DNA from: Podarcis vaucheri
Lineage: Eukaryota
DNA: 64,000 bases
Assembly (NCBI GenBank): GCA_965113315.1
Contig: OZ220372.1
Strand: one strand, 5' to 3'
Shown: piece by piece, positions 11,541 through 21,958 of the stretch
Layout of the letters: each line of letters begins with the position of its first letter
How positions within the stretch are numbered: the first letter of the stretch is position 1
Notes under the pieces: model-generated
What the model saw: only the letters and a program-made list of their open reading frames with translations
Database searches by the model: none
What the model was told of the DNA's origin: nothing
Translations under genes and position numbers: made by a program

Positions 11541-12074
11541 TTTACCCTGTTAGTGCGACTAATCATGATTCTATATCTTCTGCCTGAGGGCAGGAGATCA
11601 AGAAAGTGCTGGCCAGGGTGTGAATCATCCCTGAGAATTTTCCTCACTCTCCTGAGGCAAAGTTCTTCCACTATTTCATCCAGCGGATTCACGGGACAGC
11701 CCATGATATCTTGTGCCGTATTCACCACGCTCTGTAGGTACTTCCTATCAGTTGATGTCAAACCAGTGTACCACACCATGATGCAGTATGAAAGGACAAT
11801 TTCTATTGTTGACCGGTAGAAGGAGATCATCAAATGTTGATTGACATGCTCTGAGGTGGGGAGGCTAAGGAACAGTGGGACCATGGAGAGGAGGAAAGGG
11901 GCAGGATGTTTAACTATTTCCTGCTATGCAGAGTCCTGAAGAAAAAAATAATCTGCCTTCCTGAAGCTCAATATTGTCTCCCCCATACAGAATATGGGTT
12001 GTTGTTGTTGTTTGGAGAGAGCAGTTTTTCAACAGGATGAAGGGCAGGGGGAAATCTCCACATTAATTGGAGAA

Positions 12075-12420
12075 TTATTATTATCAATTACTTTAATTTA
12101 TATACCGTGCTCTATCCAAGGATCATAGGGCAGCTTACAATAGAAAAACACAATAATACATAACATAGTAACAAACAAAAACACACCCCACCCATAAATT
12201 GTTTAATACACCAAAGGCTTGAGAGAAGAGGAATGTTTTTGCCTGGTGCCTAAAAATATGTAATGAAGGCGTCAGGGGAGCCTCCTTGGGGAGAGCATTT
12301 CACAACTGGGCAGCTACTGCAGAAAAGGCATGTTCTCGTGGTGCTGCTCTCCAAACCTCACATGATGAAGGGGCTGAGATGATAAGCACAGGGTCCAGGT
12401 CAGTTCATATGGCGAGAGGC
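12075..12420 (-). mobile_element. Older L2 3' fragment
   Basis: Reverse complement of the RAFS..A..LWN region (GAGAGCATTTCACAACTGGGCAGCTACTGCAGAAAAGGC) and the tail. Confidence 0.65.
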
Positions 12421-12427
12421 ATACACA

Positions 12428-12771
12428 GACCCTCCAAGTGTCCCTATTTTCCAGGGTTATCCCTGATTTAGAGAAGCTGTCCCGGTTTTAGATTCGATCC
12501 CGGAATGTCCCACTTTCTCTTATGAAGTCCCTATTTTCATTGGAGAAATGTCGGAAGGTATGGAGTTATCCGAACTCCCAAGCCATCTGAAGGTAATCCT
12601 GTATAGGAATTTAAAAAATATTTTTTACTGGTTTATTATGTTTTATATATATGTTGGAAGCTGCCCAGAGTGGCTGGGGCAAGCCAGTAAGATGTGTGGG
12701 GTATAAATAGTAAAGGTATCATTATGGAAAGGGATGTCCCTATTTTCATTGGAGAAATATTGGAGGATATG
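12428..12771. mobile_element. Composite non-autonomous DNA transposon containing an L2 3' end
   Basis: Termini resemble CATACCCTCCAA / TTGGAGGATATG. Repeated GTCCCTATTTTC motifs. Internal GGAAGCTGCCCAGAGTGGCTGGGG segment. Second copy at 44133-44335. Confidence 0.6.
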
Positions 12772-13950
12772 CATACATGCAATCAACATCATGCTTAACT
12801 CTTTCATTATCAGTGTATACATGCTTAATTTTGCATGGTAGAAATAGTGATGGGTGGAGAAATGAGTTTCAGCTCACATTTCAAAGCAAAGCTGCATGCT
12901 TTTGGGGGGAGGGCACCATCTTTTCTTTCACCTCAGGCAGCAGAATATAATGAGCCAGCCCTGTTTGTATCATGTAAGCCAGACAAATCGGGCTGCACAC
13001 AGTAACAGTCAAGAATCCAAGGCACCAAAGCAAACATCTCTCTCAAATTAAGATCTAATTACAATAACAACAGCAGTTCAATTAGCCATTCAATTAAGTA
13101 AAAATGGGAGGGGGGATCATATTAGTACATTTCACAGAATGTATCCTTTGGCTCCATTCTTAATGAGGGGACGGATTGTTCTCCCTGCCAGAAAACAAAA
13201 GCAGGAAAAGAACATAAATGGCATCCGTATTTCTCTGAACATAAAATGTGCACCTGTGTGAGAAAGGTTTATAATGCTAACAAAATACTCAATGGGGAAA
13301 TAAATGCAATCCGCTTGCAGCACCCAGCATTTTTCTTGCTTATATGGGCACAAGAGAGATCTCTCAAAAACCTTGATAATCAGATTAGCTAACCTTTCTG
13401 TATTTGGCAACCTTCCAGAAAACAAAATGAGCACATTTGTAATGCGGTCTTGGCTCACCACTCTGGCAGCAAGATATGGACTAGCAAATGGGTGTCTATA
13501 TGTTGGCTTGGATAAAGCTCAGCTGCTTTGCTCTGCAATGAGTGAGGCCTAGGAAAGATGTCTGCTTGGTAAACTCAAATGGAAAACATGCACCTTTTCT
13601 TTCAACATTTACTAGGCTTCAACCAAAGTGCTGGGTTTTCATCTATAAGGTCCTGCACAGCTCAGGACCCAAATACCTTTTGGAGTGCCTCTTCTGATAG
13701 TAGCCTCCAATTATAGCTAGTCAAATGCTCTTGGGAAGCCCAGAAGGAGAGTAAGAGAGCTTGTCAGGGTTAGCTCTAAGGATCTAAGGGCGCCCTGGGC
13801 CCTGGCAGCAGTAGTAGGACCAGCTTCCTACAACTAGCGGCAATGTAACATAACAGGTTGAGCTGCTATTTTACTCACAGTGTGGAAAATGGGCCAGGGC
13901 AGGGATTAGTCTTGACAGAGTTCTGGATCCTGGTAGCAGCCACCAAAAGA

Positions 13951-14473
13951 TGTCAGATGTGGACACCACTCCTGAGTGCCATCACTTTGCACAACCACAG
14001 GTGAAGCAGCCCCTCAGCTGTAGCAAAATTAATGTTTGAGGCTGAAGGACATCTCCACGCAGCGGTGAGAAAACAAAGGGTGTTTATTGCTAGCAATAAT
14101 GGCTCAGTGGGATCACTCTCCAAAAGCTGAGCCAACCCAAAGAGTGGGGTCTTCTTAATATACATAACTGTTATCTATTAAAGCAATACATATGCATAAA
14201 CTTCCTCCAATCTAAAGTTACAACACAATACATTCCTTTCTACCTGAGGGGGTTAGGACATTTGAGCAGAGCACGTCTCATTGTCAAATGTAGACACTTA
14301 GGAATGTTGTTTACAACCTTGGGACTAAAGCTGCTCCTAGCACAAGATAAGGCACTACAAAGAAACAATAGACACAAGGCCTCTAGCCTGGCTAGTTAGC
14401 TGAGCTTATAGGTCTCTATGTTCATCACAACCTTGGAGTGAATCTCTCATACACGCAACTCAAAATGCCCACA
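13951..14473 (-). mobile_element. Probable solo LTR (ERV/Gypsy-like)
   Basis: TG...CA boundaries with minus-strand polyA (TTTATT near 14083) and TATA-like (near 14157) signals in LTR order. No clear TSD. Confidence 0.35.
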
Positions 14474-15289
14474 ACTTGCTCTCTGTGAATAGGATGGCAA
14501 ATGGATCAGGACATTTTATTTAGCCCCATCACAAAGAAAGCCCCAGGTTTATGATTTGCTTGAGAGATTCCAAGTCTGATCATGTCATAGGCTGAGGGTT
14601 TCTAGGGTACAAACTAGAAGATCTCCCACGAGAGAGTTCGGCATGTGCTTAATTCATTCCCTCCAGAATCAATGGGACCTAAAAGTCTTGAACTTTGACT
14701 GGACTATGTCCAAAGTATTCGCCTCTCTTTCTGAGCCCGGGCCTTCAAGGCTTTCCTACTTAGATCTCAAAACAACTTGAAGCTGCAGCTTTGAACTCAG
14801 CTATCCAGGAATGCTCTTCTTAACCCAATTGAAATTCAACGTTTTCAGAAGCACCCTTTAATTCCTTGCTACCACACTTGTTTATTGAAAGCAGGGGGGG
14901 GGGTGGACTCCACACAGAGAAAACACTTGAAAGGAATATGAAAACATTTCAGCGTTTTGCTTTAAGTGTAAATTATTTCCACACCAATTCAATTTATGCT
15001 GCAGAATGAGGTAGAGAAAGACATTTCAACCATTCCCCTCCACCTTATCAGATGAAAGTCGGTATCTGAATGATGGTTTCCTTCATTCTTTATTGCAGGA
15101 TATGTCTTCTGGTTTTTGATTTCTACAGTGTTATTCAAAGGCCCTGGCTGGGTCAGTAGTTGACACAGTGAAACTGCCTCAATTTGAGTCCAGGACTTTC
15201 AGTTCTTAACAGCAAAATCTTATGCCTCTGAAATGGGTGGGGGGAGAGAGAGAGAACTGCTGAGTGATATTCAAGCCTGGGAAAATTAA

Positions 15290-16100
15290 TAGAATTAAGA
15301 AAATTGCTAAATAATAATGGCACCATTATAAGTTATAATCAAATTAAAAATACTGTATTATGAATAAGAGATGTTTACCAGTATTAGAATACCTGCAGAT
15401 TAATCACATTACAACCCAGATATTAAGAAAATCTGTTTACTTTGAGACCTTACACCATGCAAGGAATTACTAACAAATGTAAATCTCAAGGGCTGTTTGA
15501 CAACATGGCAAATCAGTCTCCCCAGGAGAAACATGGAATTGGTGATGGGAAAGGATCTGCATTGTACCTGCAATATGAATCTGAAATATTTTTAGCATAA
15601 ATTATTAGCAATATGATATCTCATTCCTAAAGGATTAAGTAAAATATAACCATTTTCTTGCAATCATTGTTGGCAATGTCAGTATGCTGATGCAGACATT
15701 TACCACGTTAACAAAACTGATCCTAAAATTAAACAACATTGGCAACAAATATTCAAAGAAATTAAAAATATGATAGAATAAGAACTATCAAATGACCCAT
15801 TAATGGTATTATTTGTATGTATTAAAATAAAGCCACCCAAGAGGATCAAGAACTTGCTTCCAGCTTGTATTACCATAGTGCAAGCATGGAGAAATTCTGA
15901 AACACTTAGATTAAGACTGGTTATATAAAATCAGGGATATTGCATCAGTGGTCAAATTAACAAATATTATCGGGGTCAAGACAGTGATAAAAAGTGATAA
16001 TAATTTTATTGAAAAACTGAGCGCATTCGTGGCTTATACAGTTGGGACTGAAATTTAATATTAAATACATTCTTGGGTGAATTCTAATAACAATAACCTA
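15290..16100 (+). pseudogene. Degenerate L1-clade LINE ORF2 C-terminal region
   Basis: AT-rich, with a disrupted frame YLIPKGLSKI*..CNHCWQC..ADIYH...PKIKQHWQQIFKEIK (CCHC zinc-knuckle region) and IVQAWR. Multiple stops and frameshifts. Confidence 0.7.
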
Positions 16101-16469
16101 ATAAGAAGAAAAATCAGATGAGTGAAAGAACAATGATTAGTTAAATAAGCAAACAATAATAAATGAATGCACACTTATGTTGCAATTGTATTCCCTATAG
16201 TTGCTAACTGGATTGTTGTTTATTGTCTGAAATATTGTCCAAATAGATTTTCTTGCATTAAATAGGCACATAGATACATTTATACTACTTTAAGTTTTAG
16301 AAATATGTGTTTATTCCCTTTATACAGTTGAAACACATAAAATGAGAGAGAGAGAGAGAGAGTTATAGTCCTCGCCTGTTGTTGCTCTCCAGCAACTTGA
16401 CATAAGTGGTTTCATTCACTTGTGCTGTTGGAGATTCTCTATAACCATCATGGAAAATAGGAATTGAAT

Positions 16470-17570
16470 CAGTGCCTAGGATCCTGTGTGTACAGAAATA
16501 GAGGGTGTTTAGCACTCTCAAAATACCTGAAGGACTGTCACAAAGGAGAGGTAAAAGGCTTTGCAACCCTAGAGAGCAGAACTAGAGTGAATGGGCTGAA
16601 GCAGGGGTGCCAATTTGAATAAAATATTGGTGGATCCAGGTAAGCCCCACCTTGCATAATCGATCACAGGACACAGTGCATGCACACCATTTGAATGGCA
16701 ATGCCCGTTAACTTTGCAGGGGGTGGCCCCCTCAAAAAAAATATGGTGGGGTTGAAGGGACCTCAGCCCCTAGGACTGAAATTACAGGAGGGTAGATTTT
16801 GGCTGAACATTGGGTGAAACTTCTTAATGCTAGGAGCAGTACCATGCTCTAGTTATCTCTCACTTGGACTACTGCAATGCACTCTACGTGGGGCTACCTT
16901 TGAAGGTGGCCCGGAAACTACAACTAATCCAGAATGTGGCAGCTAGACTGGTGACTGGGGGCGGCCACCGAGACCACATAACACCGGTCTTGAAAGACCT
17001 ACATTGGCTCCCAGTACGTTTCCGAGCACAATTCAAAGTGTTGGTGTTGACCTTTAAAGCCCTAAAGAGCCTCGGCCCAGTATACCTGAAGGAGCGTCTC
17101 CACCCCCATCATTCTGCCCAGACGCTGAGGTCCTTCTGGCGGTTCCCTCATTGTGAGAAGCAAAGCTACAGGGAACCAGGCAGAGGGCCTTATTGGTAGT
17201 GGCACCCGCCCTGTGGAATGCCCTCCTATCAGATGTCAAAGAGATAAATAACTACCTGACATTCAGAAGACATCTGAAGGCAGCCCTGTTCAGGGAAGTT
17301 TTTAATGTGTGACATTTTAGTGTATTTTTGGTCTTGTTGGAAGCCGCCCAGAGTGGCTGGGGAAACCCAGCTAGATGGGTGGGGTACAAATAATAAACTA
17401 TTATTATTATTTAACTGGAGCTGGGGTGACCTCTCCATCATTGAAGGACCTCAAGCAGATGCTGGGCAGCAACCTGTTGGGCATGTTCTAGTTATGGGTG
17501 TCCTGCAATGAGCCATAAGTTGGGCTAACTGGCCCACAATGTGCCTTCCAGCTACATCATTCCATAAAGA
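16470..17570 (+). mobile_element. Old CR1 fragment split by a hAT element (about 16602-16772) and an L2 (16841-17411)
   Basis: CR1 motifs (TCAAATACCTGAAGGACTGTCA; AGAACTAGAGTGAATGGGCTGAA; TTACAGGAGGGTAGATTTTGGCTGAACATT; AAGCAGATGCTGG) are collinear once the inserts are removed. GGCTGAAG/GACTGAAA flanks the hAT insert. Confidence 0.6.
16841..17411 (+). mobile_element. L2 LINE, 5'-truncated
   Basis: LDYCNALYVGLPLK...LQLIQN.AARLV...HITPVLKDLHWLPV..R..FKVL; (TTA)n tail. Same family as 58306-59502. Confidence 0.92.
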
Positions 17571-17652
17571 AACACAGGGCTGTTGTTCATATTGTAAGTC
17601 ACTCTCTCTATATGCCCCAACAATGAATCCCTCAGGAAGCGTGCATTTGAAT

Positions 17653-17691
17653 GAGGGCTGCCAAATGTCCGGATTTTCACTGGCAACCCTA
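17653..17691. mobile_element. 39-bp minimal hAT element
   Basis: TIRs GAGGGCTGCCA / TGGCAACCCTA with a perfect 8-bp TSD ATTTGAAT (17645-17652 and 17692-17699). Confidence 0.75.
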
Positions 17692-17789
17692 ATTTGAATA
17701 GATTGCAAAAGTCTCTGAAATGCGCAGGGTTCCATGGTAGAAAAGTTAGGAACATAGCAAGCTGTCTAATACAGAGTCAGACTAATAGC

Positions 17790-18402
17790 CCAATGCAATT
17801 CTGGGCTGCATCAATAGGAGTATAGCATCTAGATCAAGGGAAGTAATAGTGCCACTGTATTCTGCTCTGGTCAGACCTCACCTGGAGTACTGTGTCCAGT
17901 TCTGGGCACCACAATTCAAGAAGGACACTGACAAACTGGAACGTGTCCAGAGGAGGGCAACCAAAATGGTCAAAGGCCTGGAAACGATGCCTTATGAGGA
18001 ACAGCTAAGGGAGCTGGGCATGTTTAGCCTGGAGAAGAGGAGGTTAAGGGGTGATATGATAGCCATGTTCAAATATATAAAAGGATGTCACATAGAGGAG
18101 GGAGAAAGGTTGTTTTCTGCTGCTCCAGAGAAGCGGACATGGAGCAATAGATCCAAACTACAAGAAAGAAGATTCCACCTAAACATTAGGAAGAACTTCC
18201 TGACAGTAAGAGCTGTTCGACAGTGGAATTTGCTGCCAAGGAGTGTGGTGGAGTCTCCTACTTTGGAGGTCTTTAAGCAGAGGCTTGACAACCATATGTC
18301 AGGAGTGCTCTGATGGTGTTTCCTGCTTGGCAGGGGGTTGGACTCGATGGCCCTTGTGGTCTCTTCCAACTCTAGGATTCTATGATTCTATGATTCTATG
18401 AT
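17790..18402 (+). mobile_element. Young CR1 LINE, 5'-truncated, inserted in a Squam2-like SINE (17748-17789 and 18403-18535)
   Basis: Open ORF2 C-terminus [36 protein letters not shown]...[11 protein letters not shown] to the stop at 18313; (ATTCTATG)n tail. Confidence 0.95.
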
Positions 18403-19420
18403 CTACTTCAGTATTGTTTACACTGACTGGCAGTGGCTCTCCAGCGTATCAGGCAGAGGTTTATTCCGGCCTTACCTGGAGATGCTCAGCTTAGGACCTT
18501 CTGCATGCAAAGTGGAGGCTCTAACATTGAGGCGCAGTCTCCCATGTTCCTGCAGAAAAAGTGCTCTCCAAAAGCGAAAGCTATCCCAAAACCAAATCCT
18601 TCAGCCACGGTGACTCGAGATCCTTTGGGTTCAGAAGTCCTAATTTGAGGGCTATTTTGAATCCATGCATAACCTAATAGGTCACACATCCAATATGCAG
18701 AGCTCATTCTGGCATTTTGCAGGAAACTGCAATACATAGTTTGAGAACAATCCAGTTGTCATTTAACCGCCATTCACTCCGGTAATGGTCCTCCAGGAAA
18801 TCGCAGGTTTAGAAGCATGTTGCTAAATAATTAAATGACCCAGCTGCCACAAATCCAAATAACGGGGGAGGTGGGGGGGGTTTCCCCCAAACAAAAACCT
18901 TTGCATTTGATTAGCTGGCTTTCGTCACAACATTATCTGAAAGCCTGGAAGAAAGTGAGATGGAGGAGAGCTAATTAAAAAGATTGGACGTGACAACACT
19001 GATATTTTTGAGGAACAGAGATATCAGAATTAACGCGAACAGCGCTGTGTTTCCAGCATTTGTCACATGAGGGTTTTAAACTGATAATTAACTTTGTGTT
19101 GCTTTTTTCACTTGTTTGCCCTCATGGTACTCTTTACAGATGACATCGTACAAGACGGGTGCCATATTTCATGTATGCGCACGCCGCCCCACACCTGGCT
19201 CCTTCATTCTCAGGATTTTAACAAGAACCCAGGGATTGAAATAAAGAGCTTTTTTGAGGATATGCATTGCTTACTAATGATGGAAGCAGCATCCTAATTG
19301 GAGCTTTAGAAATGTTAATGCAAAATGCCATAAATCACATGTTAATGTGTTTGGTTCTCTAATAGCATATAGCTTAATGAAGCCCTTTTCCTCCTTTCCT
19401 TGATGTGGGTGGTCCTGTGA

Positions 19421-19618
19421 TAATAATAATAATAATAATTTATTATTTATACCCCACCCATCTGGCTGAGTTTCCCCAGCCACTTTGGTCGGCTCCCAAT
19501 CAAGTGTTAAAAACAGTACAGCGTTAAATATTAAAAACTTCCCTGAACAGGGCTGCCTTCAGATGTCTTTTAAAGATAGGATAGCTGCTTGTTTCCTTCA
19601 CATCTGAAGGGAGGGTGT
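19421..19618 (-). mobile_element. L2 3' end
   Basis: (TAA)n followed by the reverse complement of 17220-17411-type sequence. Confidence 0.85.
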
Positions 19619-19679
19619 TGTACATAATTTTGGATGCATGGCCACACTAGATTCAGCTGGTTGTTACTGTTCCCTTCTT

Positions 19680-20310
19680 GGGCAAGGTTCTTGGGCAGGT
19701 AAGCACTGGCGAGATCCAGGCTCTCTTGGATGTGACCAATTTTCTAGATCCATTTTAGTCAGTTTATAGACTTGGTTTTGGCACAGAAGCTGCCTTTGTT
19801 GTATGATTGCCTTTGCCAGAAGAGAAAAACTGAAGTGTGCCCTGTTGATTCTTCTTAATCTCCCAGCAGCTTCCCAACACCGCCATCATGGTATCCTTCT
19901 TGAGCAATTGTCCAGGGTGGGCCTGTGTGATTCTATTTTGTGGTGGTTGCATCACGTGGATGGCTATTCTCAGAAGATGTTGCTTGTGGTGGTCCTGTAA
20001 GAGTCAGTTTTATCCCCCGTACAATTTAACATCTCCATGAAACCACTGAGTGGGGTCATCTGAAGTTCTGGAGTGCAATGTCAGCAATATGCTCATGATA
20101 CACACCACTATTCCCCCTTTACATCTGCAGGTGTGGCAGAGGATGTGCTAGGTCAATGCCAGGCCTTGGTAACAACAGCCAATAAAATGAAGCTTAATCC
20201 AGACAGAGTGAGGCACTGTTATTGGGTGGTTCCCTGGAGGTGATGGGCGGAGCCTGACCTTCTCTGGATGGGGTTATAGTCCCTCTGAAAGAGGAGGTGC
20301 ATAGCTCAAT
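19680..20310 (+). pseudogene. Old degenerate L2 reverse-transcriptase fragment
   Basis: Remnants of LDPF.S..R.G.GTE.A, LL.L.AA..T..HGILL, QYA(H)DT and KLNPD motifs, with many disruptions. Confidence 0.7.
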
Positions 20311-20370
20311 TAAAGGAAATGGCAAAAAGCAAGAGATTTGAAAGAGAGTAAAACTTTGTCAAAGTCAGTA

Positions 20371-20608
20371 CAGTGGTGCCCCGCAAGACGAAAAACTCGC
20401 TAGACGAAAGGGTTTTCCGTTTTTGCGTTGCTTCGCTAGATGAATTTCCCTATGGGCTTGCTTCGCCAAGACGAAAATGTCTTGCGCTTTTTTTAAAAAG
20501 CCGCTTGAAGAGGCGCAGTTGCGATGGACCGTGCTTCGCAAGACGAAAAACATCGCAAGACGAAAAGACTCACGGAACGAATTCTTTTCATCTTGCGAGG
20601 CACCACTG
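20371..20608. mobile_element. Tc1/mariner (Tigger-like) MITE, CpG-rich (young)
   Basis: TIRs CAGTGGTGCCCCGCAAGA / TCTTGCGAGGCACCACTG, TA TSD, internal CGCAAGACGAA repeats. Confidence 0.88.
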
Positions 20609-20699
20609 TACACTAACACCATTGCGTGTTTCGCTTCTCATAGGTTCTGTTTTCAAACAGAACTGGCAAGAATATTAATTCTTCATGCATACAAGTACC

Positions 20700-21762
20700 T
20701 GGAGGCAAAATGGAGGAAGGAGGGTCTTCAGCTCTAAGGCTCATTTCAAGGCAAGTTTTTGCTCTATAACCAACCCTCAGTACTTGTTTTTATCCCTCTC
20801 CTCCGTTTTACTCTTTAACTATTTTTAGTGCTTCCTCTAGTGCTGAGTCCTGTTGTTTTAACATTGTTTTATCTCGTTATTTTACTGCTCTAACTCCCCC
20901 ATATTGGGAGGCTGCAAGAAGCTGGGCTGGCCTGGGTTGAGCACCTTGCCAGGCACTGCCAAATGAAAGGTCGCGTCAAACTTTATTAGATACAAGCTAT
21001 AAATTAAGGAAGAGAAACACACACACCCAAAGTGGTTTTTTCCCCTGCTGGATGGCACTGACTGGCCCTGCAAATTCAAGGCCAACATATCTGGAGATAA
21101 TTGACTTCAGCAAGCCATCGATAACCAACTATATTTACTATGGTGCTTACTAGAAATAACTGCAAAGATCTGGGAATCATGCCAGTCCCGTTAATCAGTT
21201 CCCCAGAACCCCAAAGGAGACAGAGTAAAATCCCTCATTATTTTCTCCAAAAGGAAGAGAGAAAGAGGGACCTGAATGGGTTAATCTTAGATGAGGTTAT
21301 TGCTCCCCCTTCCACTGTGCTGGATTGGTCAACTCAGCTTAAAGAGCTCCGACAAGATCCCGAGAATATAAACAACTCAATAAGCCTGGCCCAAGAATTG
21401 GCCTTAGCTGAGAATACCTACAAGGCAAATACAACTCATATAACGACACAAATGCTGCCTTCTGAGCTTGGAAATGACCTTCAAAGTCAGCAGGTTACTT
21501 CCAAAGGTACCCAAACAGAGGAGAGAGGTGGCTATCTGCAGGACCAGGTCCACTTAATATGCATGGACCTATCCAACATGAAAAAAATCTTAACGATAAC
21601 AAATGGGTTACTTCTGACCCTAGTGGAAAATTCTGCACCTCAAGAAAGAGACACAGAGCCAAAAATGAACAACCTCCCCGAACCAGCTGCTATAAATCAT
21701 CCAGTACTCAGTAAGAAATCACAAAGACAAAAACCTGAAGCAAACAAGAAGAAAAGCAAAAA
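20700..21762 (+). mobile_element. 5' UTR plus N-terminal ORF1 of a LINE (RTE-X/L1-like), 3'-truncated
   Basis: AAAATGGAGG YY1-like start and a long A-rich open frame from 21140 (MVLTRN...QSKIPHYF...). It ends abruptly at a copied genomic segment. Family assignment is tentative. Confidence 0.5.
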
Positions 21763-21958
21763 TGTCACATTTCATGTATGCGCATGCCACTCCACACCTG
21801 GCCCCTTCATTCTCAGGATTTTAACAAGAACCCAGGGATACTTCTGGATCTATTACTGTCACCTTGGTAGTATGGAATGCCCAGAGTGGTTTAACTATCA
21901 ATCCCCCCTCACTGGGAACTTTGGGAATTGTAGCTTTATGAGATCAGGGGGCTCCTAA
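21140..21958 (+). CDS. Chimeric 272-aa ORF: putative LINE ORF1 N-terminus, then captured local DNA, then MITE sequence
   Basis: Longest ORF in the window. About the first 208 aa are ORF1-like; the remainder reads through a duplicated segment and a MITE. Expression is not shown. Confidence 0.3.
   Translation: MVLTRNNCKDLGIMPVPLISSPEPQRRQSKIPHYFLQKEERKRDLNGLILDEVIAPPSTVLDWSTQLKELRQDPENINNSISLAQELALAENTYKANTTHITTQMLPSELGNDLQSQQVTSKGTQTEERGGYLQDQVHLICMDLSNMKKILTITNGLLLTLVENSAPQERDTEPKMNNLPEPAAINHPVLSKKSQRQKPEANKKKSKNVTFHVCACHSTPGPFILRILTRTQGYFWIYYCHLGSMECPEWFNYQSPLTGNFGNCSFMRSGGS

Larger units (their letters stand above)
11160..11845 (-). mobile_element. Rex1/Babar LINE 3' fragment, interrupted by a Penelope-like insertion
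   Basis: FYRSTIE..LSYCI.VWY...DRK.LQ.VV.TAQ...DDSHPG...LLPSGRRYR...RTNRVK, continuing after the insert as NSFYPWAVRLLN. This is the characteristic Rex1 ORF C-terminus. Confidence 0.9.
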
